Notes under the pieces: generated by a model
Told to the model about the DNA's origin: nothing
Databases searched by the model: none
The model's input: the letters and a program-made list of their open reading frames with translations, nothing else
From: Candidatus Uhrbacteria bacterium
GTDB taxonomy: Bacteria > Patescibacteriota > Patescibacteriia > UBA9934 > GWF2-40-263
Assembly (NCBI GenBank): GCA_023246355.1
Contig: JAHFIQ010000001.1
Span: 81,887-145,886 of the forward strand
Length of the DNA stretch: 64,000 nucleotides
Direction of reading: 5' to 3'
Part shown: one piece after another, positions 58,925 to 64,000 of the stretch
Position numbering within the stretch: the first letter of the stretch is position 1
Layout: every line of letters begins with the position of its first letter
Translations under genes and position numbers: made by a program

Positions 58925-61900
58925 TTACAGAGCGGCCTCAGCGGCTGGCTCCTCAGCAGGAGCTTCCTCAGAAGAGGTTGCCTCTTCCTCGGTTGCCTCA
59001 GGAGCTGGAGCCGACACCCCGTTCACGTCCGTCACTGATACGGCTGTGCCTTCTGAGTTGTCGTCCGAAACGGTCACTTGCGCATCTTCCACACCGATCG
59101 CAATCCAGTTGAACTCGACTTGAGCCTCTGAATTTGGTCGGTTGATGGTGAAGCCTGTTGTGTCCTCGTCTGAGATCCACGCGCCGTCAGCAGAATCTGA
59201 GTTGGAGCGTGAGGAGAAGGTCACAATTGGCAAGAAGTCGTATTCGGTTTCAAACGTCACACGCACCGAGCTCTTTCCAGAGGCGAGTCTCACGCGTCCG
59301 GCCATATCCTGAGATCCATAGAGATGCTCGGCGATGGTGACAGAACCGGAGAAGTTGCCATCAGACACTGAGACGCTCGAGCTGTCGGAAGAAGAGTCAG
59401 AGATGCTGACACCAGAGTCTGGTTGGTACCAAGTATTCACGACCTGGACCATAACTTGACCTTCACTGCCACTAAAGCTTGAGAGGGCCATACCGATCAC
59501 GCGTCCAGCCTCCGTGGCCTTCATACCTTTTCCTGCAGTCGATGATGTCGTGATGAAGTCGCCTACAGCAATCGATCCGTTTTCGTCTGTCACGTTCACT
59601 GGGACACGTCCCACAAGGGCAATTGGCATTGGATTGTCACTGTCAGCGATGTTGTACCCAGCGGATGTTCCGTCTTCATAGTTATCAGACACGATACCGG
59701 ATACCGGACCCTGATAGGTCTCAGATGACTTAACGAGCTGTACGATCGAGTCTCCTTGTTTTGTGGTAACCGATTGCGATCCAGGAACCACGATGTCTCC
59801 ATACGTGACCCCTTCGGCAACCGGGTACATTTCAGCAAAGTCAGCTTGACCGGCGTTAGAACAGTCCACAACGGTGGAGTTATTCAGAGCAATTCCATCT
59901 CCACCACCTGTATTTGCACACAGACGCTGCGTACTTGTGTTCGCTGGTGCGTCAATGATGAGAAAATCATTAATTTGCACTGTTGCGTGTGTAACCGAGT
60001 CAATGACAGGTCCAGCAGCACCGTCTAGGTCAAAGCGTACATCCGTTGTTGTTCCGCCAGTACCCTGGAATGAAAGCTCTGCGTTGATAGAATTTGAGAT
60101 GTATTCAGCGTTTTGGAACTCAATGTCCTCGTCCCAAACGTCTCCATTGTCAATCTTGATGGCCTTTGTGGTGTCAGTGTCATCTGTTCCAGTAAGAGTC
60201 AGGTAAAGCCCTGTGGCGACGTCTCCTGAGCCCGTTCCATTTGTGGCTAAGCTTATAGAGATTCCAGAGTTCGTCACGTTTGCACCGTCTCCAATCGTGT
60301 AGGACAGGTTCAGAGCATCTACTCCACGCGTGATCGAGCTTCCTGTGACACTTAAGTTTATGGCGTCTGTGGTGATGGTACCTGTTGAGCTAACATCGAG
60401 GACCTTCGATCCAGTGGCGTTCGTCTTGATGTCGAAGATGTCACCAGTAGAATTTGCATTGCTTACGTTCAAGTCAATCATGTTGGCTGTGAAGACACCA
60501 GTACCAGTTGCAGCCAGGAGCCAACCTGTGTTGGGAGCGTCAGCGGCTGAGAGACCAGCATCAAGAGCTCCAGCAGCATTCACGACAATGGCTTGGACGT
60601 CATCGTTGGCAGAGTCACCGATGTTGAGGTCGATGATGTTGGTGGTGGAGTTACCTGTTCCTGTATCGACATCGAAGAGGTTACCTGTGAAGGCAGAGTT
60701 GTTGGAAGACTTCACAGAGAAGGCCTCACCAGTGGAAGCACCAGAGAAGTCGACATCGATAATGTTTCCAGAACCTGTGCTAGAAGAGTTCAAGTCAATC
60801 ATGTTGGCGGTGAAGACACCAGTACCAGTTGCAGCCAGAAGCCAACCAGTGTTGGCAGCGTCAGCGGCTGAGAGACCAGCGTCCAGAGCACCATCCGCGT
60901 TAATCACAATCGCTTGAACATCATCGTTGGCGGAATCTTCAATGAACAGGTCCACGAGGTTTGCTGTGGCATTTCCTGTACCAGTATCCATGTCAATGAT
61001 ATTGCCTGTGTAGGCATTGTTGGTAGAGGAGTCAAAGCTGAAGCCCTTACCAGTTACGCTTGCAGTGAAGTCGATATCAATGACGTCACCCGAGGCAGCG
61101 CTATTGACATTCAAGTCAATCATGTTTGCCGTGAAGGAACCAGTACCTGTGGCAGCAATGAGCCAACCAGTGTTAGCAGCGTTTGCAGCAGAGAGACCAG
61201 CGTCCAGAGCTCCAGCAGCATTCACGACAATGGCTTGGACGTCATCGTTGGCAGAGTCACCGATGTTCAGATCGATGATGTTGGTGGTGGAGTTTCCTGT
61301 TCCTGTATCGACATCGAAGAGGTTACCTGTGAAGGCAGAGTTGTTGGAAGACTTCACAGAGAAGGCCTCACCAGTGGAAGCACCAGAGAAGTCGACATCG
61401 ATAATGTTTCCAGAACCTGTGCTAGAAGAGTTCAAGTCAATCATGTTGGCGGTGAAGACACCAGTACCAGTTGCAGCCAGGAGCCAACCCGTGTTGGCAG
61501 CGTCAGCAGCTGAGAGACCAGCGTCCAGAGCTCCAGCAGCGTTTATCACAATCGCTTGAACGTCATCGTTAGCGGAATCCTCGATGTTGAGGTCGATGAG
61601 GTTTGAGGTAGAGTTCCCCGTTCCTGTATCAACGTCGATGATGTTGCCTGTGTAGGCAGAGTCTAGCGTGGAGTCAACCTTGATGGCGTTACCAACGACT
61701 GCAGCAGCAAGATCGATATCAAAGACGTTTTCATCGGTGATGTTTTGAACGTTGATATCCATCATTGGAGCAGAAGCCGTCGCGTCAGCCTGGTCATCCA
61801 ATCGGAACAGGGACGTGGAAGAACGGTCAGCATCAGAATCGATGTAGAAGAGATGGCCGGTAGCAGCCTGAGCATCGTTATCAATGAAGATCCCATGACC

Positions 61901-64000
61901 GGTAGAAGTACCTGTAAGGGCAATGTCGATGATGTTTCCAGAAGAAGTCGAAGAAGAATTGAGATCAATCATGTCAGCAGTAAAGGCACCAGAACCTGTA
62001 GCAGCAATGAGCCAACCGGTTCCACTTGCAGGAGCCGCAGCGTCCAGAGCTCCAGCAGCATTCACGACAATGGCTTGGACGTCATCGTTACCAGAGTCAC
62101 CGATGTTGAGGTCGATGATGTTGGTGGTGGAGTTACCTGTTCCTGTATCGACATCGAAGAGGTTACCTGTGAAGGCAGAGTTGTTGGATGACTTCACAGA
62201 GAAGGCCTCACCAGTGGAAGCACCAGAGAAGTCGACATCGATAATGTTTCCAGAACCTGTGCTAGAAGAGTTCAAGTCAATCATGTTGGCGGTGAAGACA
62301 CCAGTACCAGTTGCAGCCAGGAGCCAACCCGTGTTGGCAGCGTCAGCAGCTGAGAGACCAGCGTCCAGAGCTCCAGCAGCGTTTATCACAATCGCTTGAA
62401 CGTCATCGTTAGCGGAATCCTCGATGTTGAGGTCGATGAGGTTTGAGGTAGAGTTCCCCGTTCCTGTATCAACGTCGATGATGTTGCCTGTGTAGGCAGA
62501 GTCATTGGTGGAGTCAAAGGTGAAGGCTTCACCAGATGAGGCACCTGTGACGTTTACGTCAATGATGTTTCCAGCACCGGTTGAGGTGTTGTTGAGATCA
62601 AGAAGGTTGCTTGAGAAGGCGGCAGAGACGGTGAGGTCAATCAAGTTCTCTGTTCCAAGAGCGCCTGTGATGTTCGCATCAAGAAGTCCACCACGAGTCT
62701 CAGCGGAATCCCACTGAATAGATGGGACAGTACCTGTGGTGTTGTTCTCCGTGATCTGGATAGCAGCGGCCGTGCGTACACCAGCTGAGGTGGTGGTCAC
62801 GAAGGCCTGTGTCCCAACAGAGGTTGCACCCAAGGCAATGTTGATGACGTCCCCAGTGGCAGCACCACTTGTGTTCAGATCAAGCATGTTGGTTGTGAAG
62901 GCACCGGTACCTGTGGCAGCCAGGAGCCAACCCGTGTTGGCAGCGTCAGCAGCTGAGAGACCAGCGTCCAGAGCTCCAGCAGCGTTTATCACAATCGCTT
63001 GAACGTCATCGTTAGCGGAATCCTCGATGTTGAGGTCGATGAGGTTTGAGGTAGAGTTCCCCGTTCCTGTATCAACGTCGATGATGTTGCCTGTGTAGGC
63101 AGAGTCATTGGTGGAGTCAAAGGTGAAGGCTTCACCAGATGAGGCACCTGTGACGTTTACGTCAATGATGTTTCCAGCACCGGTTGAGGTGTTGTTGAGA
63201 TCAAGAAGGTTGCTTGAGAAGGCGGCAGAGACGGTGAGGTCAATCAAGTTCTCTGTTCCAAGAGCGCCTGTGATGTTCGCATCAAGAAGTCCACCACGAG
63301 TCTCAGCGGAATCCCACTGAATAGATGGGACAGTACCTGTGGTGTTGTTCTCCGTGATCTGGATAGCAGCGGCCGTGCGTACACCAGCTGAGGTGGTGGT
63401 CACGAAGGCCTGAGCGCCAACGGCTGCAGCACCCATAGAGACGTTCACCGCATCACCTGTGTCAGCAATGTTGCCGAAGTTGAGATCAATCAGGTTTCCA
63501 GAAGAAGCAGCCGTAGCGGTGGTCACGTCAATCACGTTGCCTGTGAAGGCAGCGGTGGTATCAACGTCAATGCCTGTTCCTGTGAAGGCACCCGTTGCAT
63601 TGATCTCAGCGATCCATCCATCTACCGTCGAAGCGGCAGCGTTATCGATCACTAACGATTGTGTGGCAACCGCAAGAGCAGGGTTGTTGATGTTGATGAC
63701 GTCCCCTGTTGCAGCAGCGTTACCAAAGTTGAAGTCCATGACGTTCCCCGTCCAGGCCTGAGCGCCGGTTGTAAAATCAATGGCGTTCGATGTCCATGCG
63801 GCGGACGTGTCTACATCCATGAGCCAGCCGGCTTGGTCGCTCTGTGAGGCGTTAGCGATCACAAAGGCTTGCACGTCATCATTGGTCGAGTCTTCGATGT
63901 TCAAATCGTAGACGTTTCCAGATGCGTTTCCTGTTCCTGTGTCAATGTCGTAAATGTTACCTGTCCATGCGGCATTGCCCGTGTCATCAAAATCATAAAT
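58925..64000 (-). CDS. Very large repetitive beta-solenoid surface/fibre-like protein, 5'-truncated
   Basis: Frame open to the window end; ~14-aa (G/A)NxID(L/V/I) repeats; C-terminal ADFAEMY..IALVGRVPVNV..GDFITTS..VIGMAL resembles tail-fibre chaperone/peptidase-G2-like domains. Confidence 0.85.
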   Translation of the reverse strand: MYDFDDTGNAAWTGNIYDIDTGTGNASGNVYDLNIEDSTNDDVQAFVIANASQSDQAGWLMDVDTSAAWTSNAIDFTTGAQAWTGNVMDFNFGNAAATGDVININNPALAVATQSLVIDNAAASTVDGWIAEINATGAFTGTGIDVDTTAAFTGNVIDVTTATAASSGNLIDLNFGNIADTGDAVNVSMGAAAVGAQAFVTTTSAGVRTAAAIQITENNTTGTVPSIQWDSAETRGGLLDANITGALGTENLIDLTVSAAFSSNLLDLNNTSTGAGNIIDVNVTGASSGEAFTFDSTNDSAYTGNIIDVDTGTGNSTSNLIDLNIEDSANDDVQAIVINAAGALDAGLSAADAANTGWLLAATGTGAFTTNMLDLNTSGAATGDVINIALGATSVGTQAFVTTTSAGVRTAAAIQITENNTTGTVPSIQWDSAETRGGLLDANITGALGTENLIDLTVSAAFSSNLLDLNNTSTGAGNIIDVNVTGASSGEAFTFDSTNDSAYTGNIIDVDTGTGNSTSNLIDLNIEDSANDDVQAIVINAAGALDAGLSAADAANTGWLLAATGTGVFTANMIDLNSSSTGSGNIIDVDFSGASTGEAFSVKSSNNSAFTGNLFDVDTGTGNSTTNIIDLNIGDSGNDDVQAIVVNAAGALDAAAPASGTGWLIAATGSGAFTADMIDLNSSSTSSGNIIDIALTGTSTGHGIFIDNDAQAATGHLFYIDSDADRSSTSLFRLDDQADATASAPMMDINVQNITDENVFDIDLAAAVVGNAIKVDSTLDSAYTGNIIDVDTGTGNSTSNLIDLNIEDSANDDVQAIVINAAGALDAGLSAADAANTGWLLAATGTGVFTANMIDLNSSSTGSGNIIDVDFSGASTGEAFSVKSSNNSAFTGNLFDVDTGTGNSTTNIIDLNIGDSANDDVQAIVVNAAGALDAGLSAANAANTGWLIAATGTGSFTANMIDLNVNSAASGDVIDIDFTASVTGKGFSFDSSTNNAYTGNIIDMDTGTGNATANLVDLFIEDSANDDVQAIVINADGALDAGLSAADAANTGWLLAATGTGVFTANMIDLNSSSTGSGNIIDVDFSGASTGEAFSVKSSNNSAFTGNLFDVDTGTGNSTTNIIDLNIGDSANDDVQAIVVNAAGALDAGLSAADAPNTGWLLAATGTGVFTANMIDLNVSNANSTGDIFDIKTNATGSKVLDVSSTGTITTDAINLSVTGSSITRGVDALNLSYTIGDGANVTNSGISISLATNGTGSGDVATGLYLTLTGTDDTDTTKAIKIDNGDVWDEDIEFQNAEYISNSINAELSFQGTGGTTTDVRFDLDGAAGPVIDSVTHATVQINDFLIIDAPANTSTQRLCANTGGGDGIALNNSTVVDCSNAGQADFAEMYPVAEGVTYGDIVVPGSQSVTTKQGDSIVQLVKSSETYQGPVSGIVSDNYEDGTSAGYNIADSDNPMPIALVGRVPVNVTDENGSIAVGDFITTSSTAGKGMKATEAGRVIGMALSSFSGSEGQVMVQVVNTWYQPDSGVSISDSSSDSSSVSVSDGNFSGSVTIAEHLYGSQDMAGRVRLASGKSSVRVTFETEYDFLPIVTFSSRSNSDSADGAWISDEDTTGFTINRPNSEAQVEFNWIAIGVEDAQVTVSDDNSEGTAVSVTDVNGVSAPAPEATEEEATSSEEAPAEEPAAEAAL
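62313..63412. repeat. ~500-bp apparently identical direct repeat (62313-62809 and 62916-63412; offset 603)
   Basis: Identical antisense ORF translations at 62505 and 63108; sequence matches by eye. Confidence 0.9.

Noticed and set aside
60500-63412. Diversity-generating retroelement TR/VR pair
   Set aside because: The repeats are in-frame intragenic duplications without adenine-specific mismatches, and no reverse transcriptase is present.

Overview
Bacterial chromosome segment, genetic code 11, mostly minus-strand. Gene content suggests a Patescibacteria/CPR organism (Parcubacteria, possibly Uhrbacteria-like); this is inference. Housekeeping genes: radA, frameshifted recG, serS, rsmA, tsaC, prfB with its +1 frameshift, groES/groEL with CIRCE, yidC, nusA, argS, valS, and five tRNAs including tRNA-Arg(GCG). 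Accessory content: a T4SS-like operon (VirB6-like, PrgI, VirB4 and partners) running into comF, with no relaxase in the window; two tandem pilin-like/peptidoglycan-peptidase fusions; a 3,240-aa Cys/Asp-rich surface protein; a >1,690-aa repetitive fibre-like protein; and several GC-rich, SD-led, probably acquired genes. The most striking unexplained signal is non-coding. Seven ~120-138-bp intergenic hairpins share invariant internal-loop motifs (GATGAGAT...AGATCGC; GARRYGTA...TACRNNGAG) with compensatory changes in their stems. There is also a second covarying hairpin family (2 copies), a ~180-nt multi-stem element, and a 9-nt microsatellite found both in intergenic palindromes and as in-frame inserts in core proteins. 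Native genes almost all start at TATG without a Shine-Dalgarno sequence. All calls come from reading the sequence; no database search was run.
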